Positions 1-8,917 of a stretch of 64,000 nucleotides of DNA are shown here, piece after piece. Source of the stretch: Elusimicrobiota bacterium (GTDB taxonomy: Bacteria > Elusimicrobiota > Elusimicrobia > UBA1565 > JACRDR01); contig JBGFSC010000049.1 of NCBI GenBank assembly GCA_041694815.1, forward strand, positions 32,001 through 96,000, in the 5' to 3' direction. A program made the position numbers and the translations under genes. Each line of letters starts with the position of its first letter. Positions within the stretch are counted from its first letter, which is position 1. Under the pieces are notes generated by a model that was not told where the DNA came from, did no database searches, and was given only the letters and a program-made list of their open reading frames with translations.

Positions 1-702
1 CGCGTCGCCGATCGCCAAGTGCATCTGGGGTTCGCAGGCCTCGCGCAGGGGCGCCGGCAGCTTATCTATTTCCTTGGAAAGCAGGTGCCTGCGGGCCTTA
101 AGCCCTCCCTCCTCGGCGTAGACGGGAGTGTCGAGCACGTTGAGCGCGTGCAGGCGCGCGCCGAAGGCCTGGGCGACCCGTGCCCCGAAGCGCAACGCCT
201 CCAAGGCGTACGGCTCGAAGTTGACGGGCACCAGCACCGAACGCACGTGCGTCTGGGGGCCCCGGGCCACCCAGACGGGGATCGAGGAATGCCGCAGCAT
301 CGCCTCGGCGATGGAGCCCTTAAGCAGCCTTTCTAAGCCCTTGCGCCCGTGCGTGCCCATGACCAAGAGATCGTACCCCGGCTGGCGTTCCCAGGAGAGT
401 ATGTTCTCCTCGATGGAGCCGGAGGCCACGCGCAGCTGCGCGTCCGGCCCCAGGCGCCCTTTCAAGTTCTCCAGCGCCTCGCTGCTGGCATGGGCCGTCA
501 AGTAGGGCTCCCCCACCCCAAGCCCCATCATCGAATACACCCATTGCTGGACATAAAGCCCCTCGACCTTCGCGCCGAACTTGGCCGAAAGGCTGCGCGC
601 CTGGTTCCAGGCGAATACCGAGGCCTCCGACACGTCCAATGGAACCAAGATTTTCTTGGGCGGGAAAAGGAGAGGCGGCACTTCTTTCTTGAATTGATCC
701 AT
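1..702 (-). CDS. universal stress protein (tandem UspA domains), 3' end runs off the window
   Basis: Translated by hand because it is not in the ORF track: MDQFKKEVPPLLFPPKKILVPLDVSEAS...YDLLVMGTHGRKGLERLLKGSIAEAMLRHSSIPVWVAR (Usp signature), then a second 'VLVPVNF' domain. SD AGGAGGT at 707-713. Confidence 0.85.
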   Translation of the reverse strand, partial: MDQFKKEVPPLLFPPKKILVPLDVSEASVFAWNQARSLSAKFGAKVEGLYVQQWVYSMMGLGVGEPYLTAHASSEALENLKGRLGPDAQLRVASGSIEENILSWERQPGYDLLVMGTHGRKGLERLLKGSIAEAMLRHSSIPVWVARGPQTHVRSVLVPVNFEPYALEALRFGARVAQAFGARLHALNVLDTPVYAEEGGLKARRHLLSKEIDKLPAPLREACEPQMHLAIGDA

Positions 703-768
703 GGCGACCTCCTGGCCGGACGATCCGCCATATTTATTGTGCTACGGGGATGTTTAGGCTCTGTGACG

Positions 769-925
769 AACGGCGGCTGCTTGGGAATAGACATTTACGC
801 GCCTCGGGCGCGTGACTCGTCGCGCTTGACGTTTGCACGGTGCCAGGGATTGACTTTCGCCTAGGCGAAAGTCAATCCCTGGCACCATCTTCGCGAGTAT
901 TCCGCGCTCAAAGGGCGTAAAAGCT
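769..925. repeat. intergenic modular repeat, long form copy 1, containing a perfect 48-bp palindrome (839-886)
   Basis: ggtgccagggattgactttcgcct|aggcgaaagtcaatccctggcacc. About 115 bp are near-identical to 55828-55941. Confidence 0.9.
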
Positions 926-929
926 AGAT

Positions 930-2801
930 TTAATGCAGAACGGCCGTCTCAAGCAAAATCAGTATCAACCCGATGATCGACCCCCCGGCGATCCCGCCGG
1001 CGCAAAGGGTCTCGGAATTCTCGACGAAGACGCGATAGGACCAACTCGTCTTCTCGCGCAGGGACTTGGAGGCCCACCACACGAGAATCGAGCCCAGTCC
1101 CATCGCGAGCGAGTCGGGAAACTGCAGGACGAAGGCCAGGCCGATCCCCACGCCGGAGACCGGAAAACGGCCGTGCGTCTTAATATTGGCGATCTCGATG
1201 GCGACGCCCAAAACGGCGCCGATCACGATGGCCGCACGGGCCGTCGGGTGCAGGAAGCTTAAGCCCTTCGTCAGCACCTCGGCGACGGCCCGCCATACCT
1301 GCGCGCCCGGCATGGGGAGGGTGTCGGACATGAGCAGCGAGAGATCGCCGTGGATCATGAAATAGAAGACGGGAATCGAGGCGGCCGCTCCGGCGAAGAT
1401 CCCCAGCACGTGCCCGACGGCCTGGTGCCGGGGCTTGCCCCCCAACATATAGCCAGGCTTGATATCCATGAGCAGGTTGGCCGCGCTGGAGGTCACCTCG
1501 CCGGTGATGCCCGCCGTCATGAGATTGGTGGTCACGTTGCCCGGGGCCAGCACGCTATAAGTAAGCTGGGTCAGCTTTCCCATGGCGCCGAGCGGGGTGA
1601 TCGAGGTGAGGCCGGTCGAATTCACCGCGATCAAGGTGAAAACGAAGACCAGGGGGATGGCGACCAATCCCAGCCACCATTTGATCCCGAAAAAGGCGTG
1701 CCCGGTCCAAATCGTGATGAGGCCCAGCAGGGGAATCCCGATGACGAACAGCCTCATCGGAAGCTCGATGTCCTTGAGCACGTCGACCTGCTTGGAGCGG
1801 CCGAGCATGCCCCGGAAGGAATCCAGGATGACCTTCGGCTTGGCAAGGAAGGAATATAAGGAGGCGGTCGTCATCATCGCGACCCCTCCCCACAGAGCCC
1901 ACATGGTAATGTTTTTGAACCCGGTGCCGGCGATCACGCCTTTTTGGATCATCCAAGGCGCCAGGAAGCAGTAATTGATCACTGCGCCCAAAAGCAGCGA
2001 CACCCCGGTTTTGACCCCCATGAGCCCGCCTGCCGCGACCATCACGATAGAGGAGTCGAATTGGACGTTCAAGTCCCGCAGGGGCGTGCCAAAAATCCTG
2101 GGCGTCCACCAGCGGTAGATCATATCGTCCCAATACTCGGGCAGGGCGGCCCATTTGAGCCGCAGCGCGCCCATCACCTTCTCGCTGCGCATGGTCTGTA
2201 TCAGGGCCGAGGCGGCCGCACCCGCGGCGAGTATCTTCGCCTTAAAAAGCCCTTCCTTGCCTTCGCTGGTATGGAGATTGTCCATGACGATTCCAGCGGC
2301 GAAACCCTCGGGAAAGGGCAATTGCTCGTCGTTGATGAAGCGTTTCTTAAGCGGGAAGGCGAAGAGCACGCCCAGGATGCCGAGCTCGATGACCCAGATC
2401 ATGGTCTGCTGCCACGGGATCATTTGCCCCGTAACGGCCATATAGGCGGCCAACGAGGTTATCAAGGGAGAAGTCATATACCCGGCGCTGGTCGCGATGG
2501 ACTGCATGGCGTTATTCTCGAGCACCGTCATCTCGCTACCCAATTTGAGCTTGGAGAGCAGCTTGAACAGCGCGAAGGAAAGGATGACGGAGGTCACGCC
2601 CACGCCGAGGGTCCAACCGGTGCGGATGCCGACGTAGAGGTTCGTGAGGCTCAGCACCCCGCCGAGAACCATGCCCGTCAAGGCCGAGCGGATCGTCAAC
2701 TGGGGCATGTCGCCGCGGTAGACGTTCTCAAGCCACCAGCGGTCCTTCTCTTCCAGGGTCCAGTTGCGGATCTGCTCGGGGGTCAATTCATGGATGGCCA
2801 T
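930..2801 (-). CDS. OPT family oligopeptide transporter
   Basis: 623 aa polytopic membrane protein with motifs QLTIRS, NLYVGIRTG, LENNAMQSIATS, LPFPEG, LMDIKPGYMLG. Confidence 0.9.
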   Translation of the reverse strand: MAIHELTPEQIRNWTLEEKDRWWLENVYRGDMPQLTIRSALTGMVLGGVLSLTNLYVGIRTGWTLGVGVTSVILSFALFKLLSKLKLGSEMTVLENNAMQSIATSAGYMTSPLITSLAAYMAVTGQMIPWQQTMIWVIELGILGVLFAFPLKKRFINDEQLPFPEGFAAGIVMDNLHTSEGKEGLFKAKILAAGAAASALIQTMRSEKVMGALRLKWAALPEYWDDMIYRWWTPRIFGTPLRDLNVQFDSSIVMVAAGGLMGVKTGVSLLLGAVINYCFLAPWMIQKGVIAGTGFKNITMWALWGGVAMMTTASLYSFLAKPKVILDSFRGMLGRSKQVDVLKDIELPMRLFVIGIPLLGLITIWTGHAFFGIKWWLGLVAIPLVFVFTLIAVNSTGLTSITPLGAMGKLTQLTYSVLAPGNVTTNLMTAGITGEVTSSAANLLMDIKPGYMLGGKPRHQAVGHVLGIFAGAAASIPVFYFMIHGDLSLLMSDTLPMPGAQVWRAVAEVLTKGLSFLHPTARAAIVIGAVLGVAIEIANIKTHGRFPVSGVGIGLAFVLQFPDSLAMGLGSILVWWASKSLREKTSWSYRVFVENSETLCAGGIAGGSIIGLILILLETAVLH

Positions 2802-2820
2802 GGGGGGATTATATCGCTTT

Positions 2821-2896
2821 AACGGCAGCTTTTACGCGCCCGAGGCGCGTAAAAGCCGCCGTTTACGCCGCGAGCCCGGCTTAATGCCGGGCTCGC
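2821..2896. repeat. intergenic repeat, short REP-like hairpin form plus a second hairpin
   Basis: aacggcagcttttacgcgcc-cga-ggcgcgtaaaagccgccgtt (2821-2863) has the same core as 793-813 and 33127-33160. It is followed by gcgagcccggc-ttaat-gccgggctcgc. Confidence 0.75.
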
Positions 2897-2918
2897 TCAA
2901 CGGATGCGACGAGACGGT

Positions 2919-3176
2919 TTATTTCAGGTGCTTGGCGACGAGCTTCGTCATCTCGAACATGTTGACGGTGCCCTTGCCGCCGAAAACGGCCTTGAGATTC
3001 CCATCGGCATTGATGTTGCGCTTGTTCTTGGAATCCTGCAGCTTGTTCTTCTTGATGTAGGCCCAGAGCTTCTTGGTGACCTCGGTGCGCGGCAGCGGCT
3101 TGCTGCCGACAACCTTCGCCAACGCGTCGCTGGGCTTCAACTCCTTCATGAAAGCAGCATTCGCCTTTCTAGCCAT
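2919..3176 (-). CDS. SWIB/MDM2 domain protein
   Basis: PSDALAKVVGSKPLPRTEVTKKLWAYIKKNKLQD...VNMFEMTKLVAKHL; SD AGGAGG. Confidence 0.92.
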   Translation of the reverse strand: MARKANAAFMKELKPSDALAKVVGSKPLPRTEVTKKLWAYIKKNKLQDSKNKRNINADGNLKAVFGGKGTVNMFEMTKLVAKHLK

Positions 3177-3287
3177 GAATTCCAGCCTCCTTTTATACGC
3201 CCAGCGGCCGCACCCAAAGCCGCTTAGGGTGCGATATTCTACAACAATAATTTATCGCCCGCGCAAGGGCTCGGCGCGGGTCCCGGG

Positions 3288-3848
3288 TTAATGGAATGCC
3301 ACGGGAACGTCTTCCCGATGGGCCGCGGCCACCTGGAACATCTCCTGTGGCTTGAGGCGCAATAGCAGCGCCACGAACAGGTCGGGGATGGTCCGGATGC
3401 GTATGTTGTAGGTGTTGACCGTATCGTTGTAGAACTCGCGCCGATCCGCGATCTGAGATTCCAGGCCCGTAATCCTAGATTGCAGCTGCTGGAAGGAGGC
3501 CTGGGCCTTGAGGTCCGGATAATTCTCGGCCAAGGCGAAGAGCTGCCGCAACGCCCCTTGCAGCCCCCCTTCGGCCTGGCCCTTGGCTCCCGGCCCCTGG
3601 GCCAGCATCAAGGCCTCGCGCGCCTTCATCACGCGGTCGAAAACGGCCTTCTCATGGGTCATGTAGCCCTGGCAGGCGGCCACTAGCTTGGGGAGCTCGT
3701 CGTAGCGCTGCTTGAGCAGCACGTCGATATTGGACCATGCCTTCTGGATGTTACTGGAGACGACGACGAGCCCGTTGTAGATCACGATCCCGTAGGAAAG
3801 CAGCGCGAACGCGACGAGCGCGGCGACTACCAAGCCAACCAGTCCCAT
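3288..3848 (-). CDS. lemA: LemA family protein
   Basis: N-terminal TM helix; AWSNIDVLLKQRYD, ENYPDLKA, RREFYNDTV. Confidence 0.92.
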   Translation of the reverse strand: MGLVGLVVAALVAFALLSYGIVIYNGLVVVSSNIQKAWSNIDVLLKQRYDELPKLVAACQGYMTHEKAVFDRVMKAREALMLAQGPGAKGQAEGGLQGALRQLFALAENYPDLKAQASFQQLQSRITGLESQIADRREFYNDTVNTYNIRIRTIPDLFVALLLRLKPQEMFQVAAAHREDVPVAFH

Positions 3849-4813
3849 GAATTCCTCCTCTGCCTTTCTTTAAACAGCACTATCGCCACCCCGAGCACGA
3901 ATCCCCCCAGAGCCATCTCGGCGGTCGTCGCGTGGGAAAAGCCCCTGGAAAGCGCGGCATGCGCCCCAAAGGCGCTGACGGCGATGCCCCCGAGGATCCC
4001 GACCAGCGACCTCCACCCGAACAGCCGCGCCATCTCGCTGCCGGACTCCGTATCGTCTAAGAGCATACGGTGATCGGCGCCTTTGCGCAACACCAATCGA
4101 TCCTCCTCGGGAACGCGCTCCTCCATGGCCCTCTCGTCTTCCCAAAATCTGGCTTCCTCGCGGCGGCGGAACTCGTCCCACGCCTGCAGGTCGTAACTGC
4201 CGTCGGGCTTAAGCCCCGTCTCGGCGCCGCGCTGCGGGTCCTTCTTGGCCGCCTCGATGCGCGCCGCCAGCCTCGCCTTCGCCGTGGCCGCAATCGGCGA
4301 GACCCGCGCCAGCTCCCCGACCGCGTAGAGGGGCGCGTAGGGATGCACGGCCCACTCCCTGACCCGGAGCCTGCGCCCCCCGAGCCACCCGAAAGAGCTC
4401 ACACCCCAGGAGCCCACGAGGGTTTGAAGGCGGGCGTCACTGACGTCTACGGGGATGATGCGCTCCTCCACGTGCAGCTCGGCGCCCCGGGCGTCGACGG
4501 TGACGCGCCCCGTGTCGTCTTCCAGGTAGAAGAGCTGCTTGGAGTCGACCTCGCGGATCACGCACCAGCGCGAGTTCTTTTCCCCCTTGAGTTCTTCGAC
4601 GGCGCAGCGCCACCAGCAGGCGGGAAGCTCCGAGGCCGGGGCTTTGAGCTCCTCCCGAGGCATGGAGTTCCCCGAAAGCGCGACGAGGCCCAATGCCGCC
4701 GAGCGCACCTTGGACACGGGTATATTCTCCAGATGCCTCTTTTTCTTGAGCTCGAGCAGGCCCCAGGAGAGCATCGCTGGGCCGGCGATGAGCGCGTAGA
4801 GGGCGTGCGCCAT
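3827..4813 (-). CDS. GIDE-domain (MUL1-like) membrane protein
   Basis: N-terminal TM, IPVSKVRSAALGLVALSG, FYLEDDTGRVTVD, C-terminal TM pair; overlaps lemA. Confidence 0.65.
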   Translation of the reverse strand: MAHALYALIAGPAMLSWGLLELKKKRHLENIPVSKVRSAALGLVALSGNSMPREELKAPASELPACWWRCAVEELKGEKNSRWCVIREVDSKQLFYLEDDTGRVTVDARGAELHVEERIIPVDVSDARLQTLVGSWGVSSFGWLGGRRLRVREWAVHPYAPLYAVGELARVSPIAATAKARLAARIEAAKKDPQRGAETGLKPDGSYDLQAWDEFRRREEARFWEDERAMEERVPEEDRLVLRKGADHRMLLDDTESGSEMARLFGWRSLVGILGGIAVSAFGAHAALSRGFSHATTAEMALGGFVLGVAIVLFKERQRRNSWDWLAW

Positions 4814-4816
4814 GCG

Positions 4817-5551
4817 CTAGGATTTGGAGTCGATAAGCTCGGCGAGCTCCATGTACCCACGCCTGCGGGCGATGCCGGCGGCGCTCTCGCCGGTGAGATC
4901 CGTGAGCCGGGTGTCGGCGCCGGCATCCAGCAGCATGCGCACGGCATCGGCGTTGCCGTGATGCGCCGCCCACATCAGCGCGCTGTAGCCGAAGCGCCCC
5001 TGGACGTTAAGGTCGGGCTTCTTGGAGAGAAGGAAAAGCAGCGGCGCCGTGGGCTTGAGGCGAACGACTCTCATCAACGGAGTGAACCCGTTGGAGTCCC
5101 GGGCGTTGACGTCGGCCCCGTGGCGGAGCAGCGCCTGGGCGGCCTCTTCGTAGCCGGCGATGGCGGCATACATGAACGCGGTCATCCCGTGTCCATCCTT
5201 GGCGTCGACCTTGGCGCCACTCTGCGCCAGGAGCTCGAGAATATCCGCCTTCGCGTTCTTGGCCGCCTCGATAACCGCCAGGAAGGAGGGGGCCCCCTCG
5301 GGCTTGATCTTCGCGCCGCGCTCGAGCAGCAGCTTCACGGTCTCGGCGTTTCCGTGCCCGACGGCCCACATGAAGGCGGAATATCCGCGCGAGTCCTTGG
5401 CATGTAGATCCGCGCCTTGATCCAGCAGCGATTTGACCTCATCCACCTTACCGCCCTTGGCGGCTTCGATGAGCGAATTATTTAGGTCCGCCGCGCGGGC
5501 GGATACCGCAAAAAGAAGGAAAAATAAGGATAAACGCGCCGGTTTCTTCAT
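4817..5551 (-). CDS. secreted ankyrin repeat protein
   Basis: Signal peptide followed by about 6 ankyrin repeats (GYSAFMWA, GMTAFMYA, GFTPLMR, GYSALMWA). Confidence 0.9.
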   Translation of the reverse strand: MKKPARLSLFFLLFAVSARAADLNNSLIEAAKGGKVDEVKSLLDQGADLHAKDSRGYSAFMWAVGHGNAETVKLLLERGAKIKPEGAPSFLAVIEAAKNAKADILELLAQSGAKVDAKDGHGMTAFMYAAIAGYEEAAQALLRHGADVNARDSNGFTPLMRVVRLKPTAPLLFLLSKKPDLNVQGRFGYSALMWAAHHGNADAVRMLLDAGADTRLTDLTGESAAGIARRRGYMELAELIDSKS

Positions 5552-5600
5552 GGATTCCTCGAGAGGGGCGCATTAAGTATAGACCCGGTTCCGGCGCTCG

Positions 5601-6338
5601 TCAAGGGCAACAACAATCGAATCGATAGGTGTATTCAATGTCGGGGGGGCATGTCAGCGTCTCGGGAGGGGGTTGGTAGCACTCCCCATATGGGTTTGTC
5701 GGGGTGATGCACCATGTGGTACCAACGTGTTCGCCATTGTCGCACATAAACAATGCGTAACCGCATCGCGAGGCGGACGTTGCCGTCGGCGTGCAGCTCC
5801 TCGAGCAGGGCTGACCGCAATCGTCAACGCCCCACGCATCCGGTGATGGGCAGGGTGCTGGGGCGGCGCTGCAGGCATTAGGATCCGAAACGCAGCCCAA
5901 GGGACCCATAGCTGCGGCGGCCGGGCACGCGGAGCAGCTACCCGTTGCGCTCAGCTCGCCCACCTTGCCGGAGGCTGACATGCAGAAACCGGTGCTCGTG
6001 TCGCGACGCATGGCCTTGGCGACAACGCAGCCTCCATCGTCAGCGCCATAATAGACGTAGGGCGCCCTTTCCCAGTCTGGTCCCGAGAGTTTCTCTTCGG
6101 CCACCAAGACACTGGCCTCGTTGACCACGCCGACCGCATAGGCCTTGCCTGAGAGTTTCCGCGCCCGATTGGCGGCCGCTATGCTCGCCATGATGGTCTT
6201 GGCGTTATCAGCGCGCCATTGCTCGATAACCTTCTGGAAATGCGCCGCGCCCAGAAAGGCTAGCACTCCTACAATGACGGCGGCGAACAAGAGTTCGATC
6301 AAGGCAAGGCCGGTTTCCTCCGTCGACGCTAAAAACAC
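5601..6338 (-). CDS. type IV pilin-like protein with Cys-rich C-terminal extension
   Basis: Prepilin-like G|LALIELLFAAVIVGVLAFLG; many Cys in the C-terminal half; paralog of the next gene. Confidence 0.75.
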   Translation of the reverse strand: MFLASTEETGLALIELLFAAVIVGVLAFLGAAHFQKVIEQWRADNAKTIMASIAAANRARKLSGKAYAVGVVNEASVLVAEEKLSGPDWERAPYVYYGADDGGCVVAKAMRRDTSTGFCMSASGKVGELSATGSCSACPAAAAMGPLGCVSDPNACSAAPAPCPSPDAWGVDDCGQPCSRSCTPTATSASRCGYALFMCDNGEHVGTTWCITPTNPYGECYQPPPETLTCPPDIEYTYRFDCCCP

Positions 6339-6360
6339 CGAAGGAATTAGCCGCCCAACG

Positions 6361-6933
6361 CTAAAAGCACTCCAAAGTCATCGTGCAGGGCAGGCCACAA
6401 TCGTCGGTACCGGAATTCGTCTGGCCGCATTGGGTTGGCATGGGAGCGCTGCAGTTCGTGGGCTTGCATGCAGGGGCCGAAACCAATACCCCCTCGCAGG
6501 CCGAGCAATTGCCGGCCTCATCGATGGTGCCAATCTTTCCGGTGATAGAGGCGCAAAAAAAATTGCCGGCATAAGGCATCTTAAGCGTTCCCCCTGGGCC
6601 GAACCATCGGCGCTTGGCAACCGCCATCACGCAGTTTCCGTCGGTACCGGCGAAAAGGTACGACGACCGATCCCAATCGGTCCCAGCGATCTTATCCTCG
6701 ATGACTAAGGGACTGTTCTCGTCAATGGGCCCGGCGACGACCGGCTTGCGCGCCGCCAACCTGGCGCGATTGGCGGCCGAGATGCTCGCGAGTATCGCCG
6801 TAGCGTTGTCAGCCCGCTGCTGTTCGACGAGCTTTTGAAATTGGGCAAGTCCTAGCATGGCCAAGATGGCGATGATCAAAACCGCGACCGTGAGTTCGAT
6901 CATCGTGTATCCGGGACATTCAAAATTTCTCAT
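6361..6933 (-). CDS. type IV pilin-like protein with Cys-rich tail
   Basis: Prepilin motif G|YTMIELTVAVLIIAILAMLG; tail GTDDCGLPC. Confidence 0.8.
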   Translation of the reverse strand: MRNFECPGYTMIELTVAVLIIAILAMLGLAQFQKLVEQQRADNATAILASISAANRARLAARKPVVAGPIDENSPLVIEDKIAGTDWDRSSYLFAGTDGNCVMAVAKRRWFGPGGTLKMPYAGNFFCASITGKIGTIDEAGNCSACEGVLVSAPACKPTNCSAPMPTQCGQTNSGTDDCGLPCTMTLECF

Positions 6934-6954
6934 GCCGCTTGCATGATTAAGTCA

Positions 6955-7986
6955 CTAACCGCGGATCACCGCTGTAGAGGCGGGGGTCTTTACTTCAAAT
7001 TTATTGGAAGTGAAAAGCTTATTAATATGGAGCCACGTTCGGGAAAGACTCCCAATCGCTCGATCGACCAAATTGCCCGATTCTAGCGGCTGCAGCGTAA
7101 AGGCGGTGCCGGCTTGTAGCTCCATAGTGCTCCCGTCAAAGCGCATTACCATCACCCGATCACCATAATCCATATAAAGGACCCAATTCTTATGCTCATC
7201 TTTCATTCCAGCCGGGAGGACATACATCAGGCCGTCCGATAATACCGCCTTGACATGGCAATTCGTACAGTTCATGGTATTCGTCTTGCTGCCGGATGTA
7301 TCTGTTGTGCCCGCGGAACTGTCCGTCGTGCTACCGGAATCGATCACGTTACCATCGGCCGTCTCCGAGTCAGCGGTCGCGGAACTATCCGTCGTAGCGC
7401 CGGAATCGATCACGTTGCCATCGGCCGTTCCCGAATCAGCGGTCGCGTTGGGATCGATAAAATCGAGGGTAGCTTCATTCCATACGAAGCCGCTACCGGA
7501 GGTATCGGTGGTACTGCCAGAGCCGTCCGTCGTGCTGCAGGGATCAATCACGTTGCCATCGTAGGTGCTGCCGGAGCTGTCCGTCGTACTGCCGGAGCCG
7601 TCCGTGATGCCGGGGTCGATCACGTTGCCATCGTACGTGCTGCCGGAGCTGTCCGTCGTACTGCCGGAGCCGTCCGTGATGCCGGGGTCGATCACGTTGC
7701 CATCGTACGTACTGCCGGAGCTGTCCGTCGTACTGCCGGAGCCGTCCGTGATGCCGGGATCGATCACGTTGCCATCGTATGCTGGCTCCGAATCAGCAGT
7801 CGCGTTGGGATCGATAAAATCGAGGGTGGCTTCATTCCATACAAGACCGCTGTCATCGGTCGTAGGGGCTGGGTCAATGGGATCGACATACCAGCTCCCG
7901 TCATCGGTCTCATAGGTAAGCGCCGCGTAGGCGCTCGAAGCCAAGCAAGCCGATAACAAACAGATCGCAATGAATTTCGTTTTCAT
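6955..7986 (-). CDS. secreted acidic repeat protein with a single CxxCH motif and a FecR-like C-terminal segment
   Basis: Signal peptide; 20-aa repeats YDGNVIDPGITDGSGSTTDSSGST-like; CTNCH; ends FEVKTPASTAVIRG. Confidence 0.7.
   Translation of the reverse strand: MKTKFIAICLLSACLASSAYAALTYETDDGSWYVDPIDPAPTTDDSGLVWNEATLDFIDPNATADSEPAYDGNVIDPGITDGSGSTTDSSGSTYDGNVIDPGITDGSGSTTDSSGSTYDGNVIDPGITDGSGSTTDSSGSTYDGNVIDPCSTTDGSGSTTDTSGSGFVWNEATLDFIDPNATADSGTADGNVIDSGATTDSSATADSETADGNVIDSGSTTDSSAGTTDTSGSKTNTMNCTNCHVKAVLSDGLMYVLPAGMKDEHKNWVLYMDYGDRVMVMRFDGSTMELQAGTAFTLQPLESGNLVDRAIGSLSRTWLHINKLFTSNKFEVKTPASTAVIRG
7330..7842. repeat. intragenic tandem repeats (about 72-bp units, three near-identical, plus degenerate units and a duplicated WNEATLDFIDPNATADS block)
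   Basis: gatcacgttgccatcgtacgtgctgccggagctgtccgtcgtactgccggagccgtccgtgatgccggggtc recurs in frame within the CDS. Confidence 0.85.
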
Positions 7987-8165
7987 ATCTTAAGGCTAGC
8001 CGGTTGTAGTTGCAAATTGGCAACAGCCAGTATATAAGGACAATGGCACTACCCGCAAGCCCTAAAAAATGATTATATTTAAATGCCTTCTTGAGATTAA
8101 CCCTGTTAATACATTGACTCAAATCCCATTTACTCCTAAGATGTAGATGCATTTTTAAAAATTCC

Positions 8166-8879
8166 TTGCTCAATAAGCCAACCGCCCTATTTTGGACCGC
8201 GATCGGGGTCCTGTATCTGGCCTGCATGGGCCTGGGTTGGCTTTTGTTTCAATTTGCCTCCCCCCGGGACGTCCAACAGGTATTGATGGCGCTAGCTGGA
8301 AATGCCAAGGCGCAATATATCCAGGGAGTGCGTTACGAGAAGTGGGGCCTGGCGCCCGATCCCAGGACGGCTGTGAGCTTTTATGAAAAATCCGCACGGC
8401 AGGGCTTCGCGCCGGCACAACATCGATTGGCCATAGCGTATCTTAAAGGGATAGGCGGCCTCACGGCCAATCCACAGGCGGCCTTCGAGTGGGAAAAAAA
8501 AGCCGCCGAGCAGGGATTCGCGCCCGCTCAAAACGAACTGGGTCTTCTCTATCAGGTAGGTCGCGGGGTTGCGAAGGATTACAAGCAGGCGGCCGCTTGG
8601 CATCGGAAGGCCGCGGAAAGGAATTTTCCCCAGGCCATGCATTATCTGGGGCTTCTGCATAAAACCGGCCGCGGCGTGGGCCCTCCAAATATCGTCCTCG
8701 CCTATCAATGGCACGCCGCCGAGCGGATGCGCTCCCGACGCCCGTGCACGGACTCGGCCTTTCTGCGGAAATTGCTTAAGCCACAGCAGATTTCGGCCGC
8801 CGAAAAGGCGGCGGCTGCCTTCCTAAAAAAGCATCCCGCCCCCAAGGCGAGTCCCTCGGAAGCTTTTGACCCCGATTAG
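8166..8879 (+). CDS. SEL1-like repeat protein, membrane-anchored
   Basis: AEQGFAPAQNELGLLYQVGRGVAKDYKQAAAWHRKAAE and related repeats; start is TTG and uncertain. Confidence 0.85.
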   Translation: MLNKPTALFWTAIGVLYLACMGLGWLLFQFASPRDVQQVLMALAGNAKAQYIQGVRYEKWGLAPDPRTAVSFYEKSARQGFAPAQHRLAIAYLKGIGGLTANPQAAFEWEKKAAEQGFAPAQNELGLLYQVGRGVAKDYKQAAAWHRKAAERNFPQAMHYLGLLHKTGRGVGPPNIVLAYQWHAAERMRSRRPCTDSAFLRKLLKPQQISAAEKAAAAFLKKHPAPKASPSEAFDPD

Positions 8880-8917
8880 CAAGAAAATTCGCATCAGAGC
8901 CTAACCACGATAGCCCT

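Noticed and set aside
19..864. Plus-strand ORFs at the window start
   Set aside because: They are antisense shadows of the minus-strand UspA gene, which the track missed because it has no stop in the window.
839..886. Protelomerase telRL site or replicon end
   Set aside because: The palindrome lies inside a dispersed repeat present twice internally and no protelomerase gene is visible. Kept only as a repeat finding.
7330..7842. Tandem repeats as a CRISPR array
   Set aside because: Units are contiguous, in frame inside a CDS, have no unique spacers, and no cas genes are present.
2919..8879. Eukaryote-like domains (SWIB, ankyrin, SEL1) as proof of a host-associated lifestyle
   Set aside because: These families are widespread in free-living bacteria, so they are suggestive at most.
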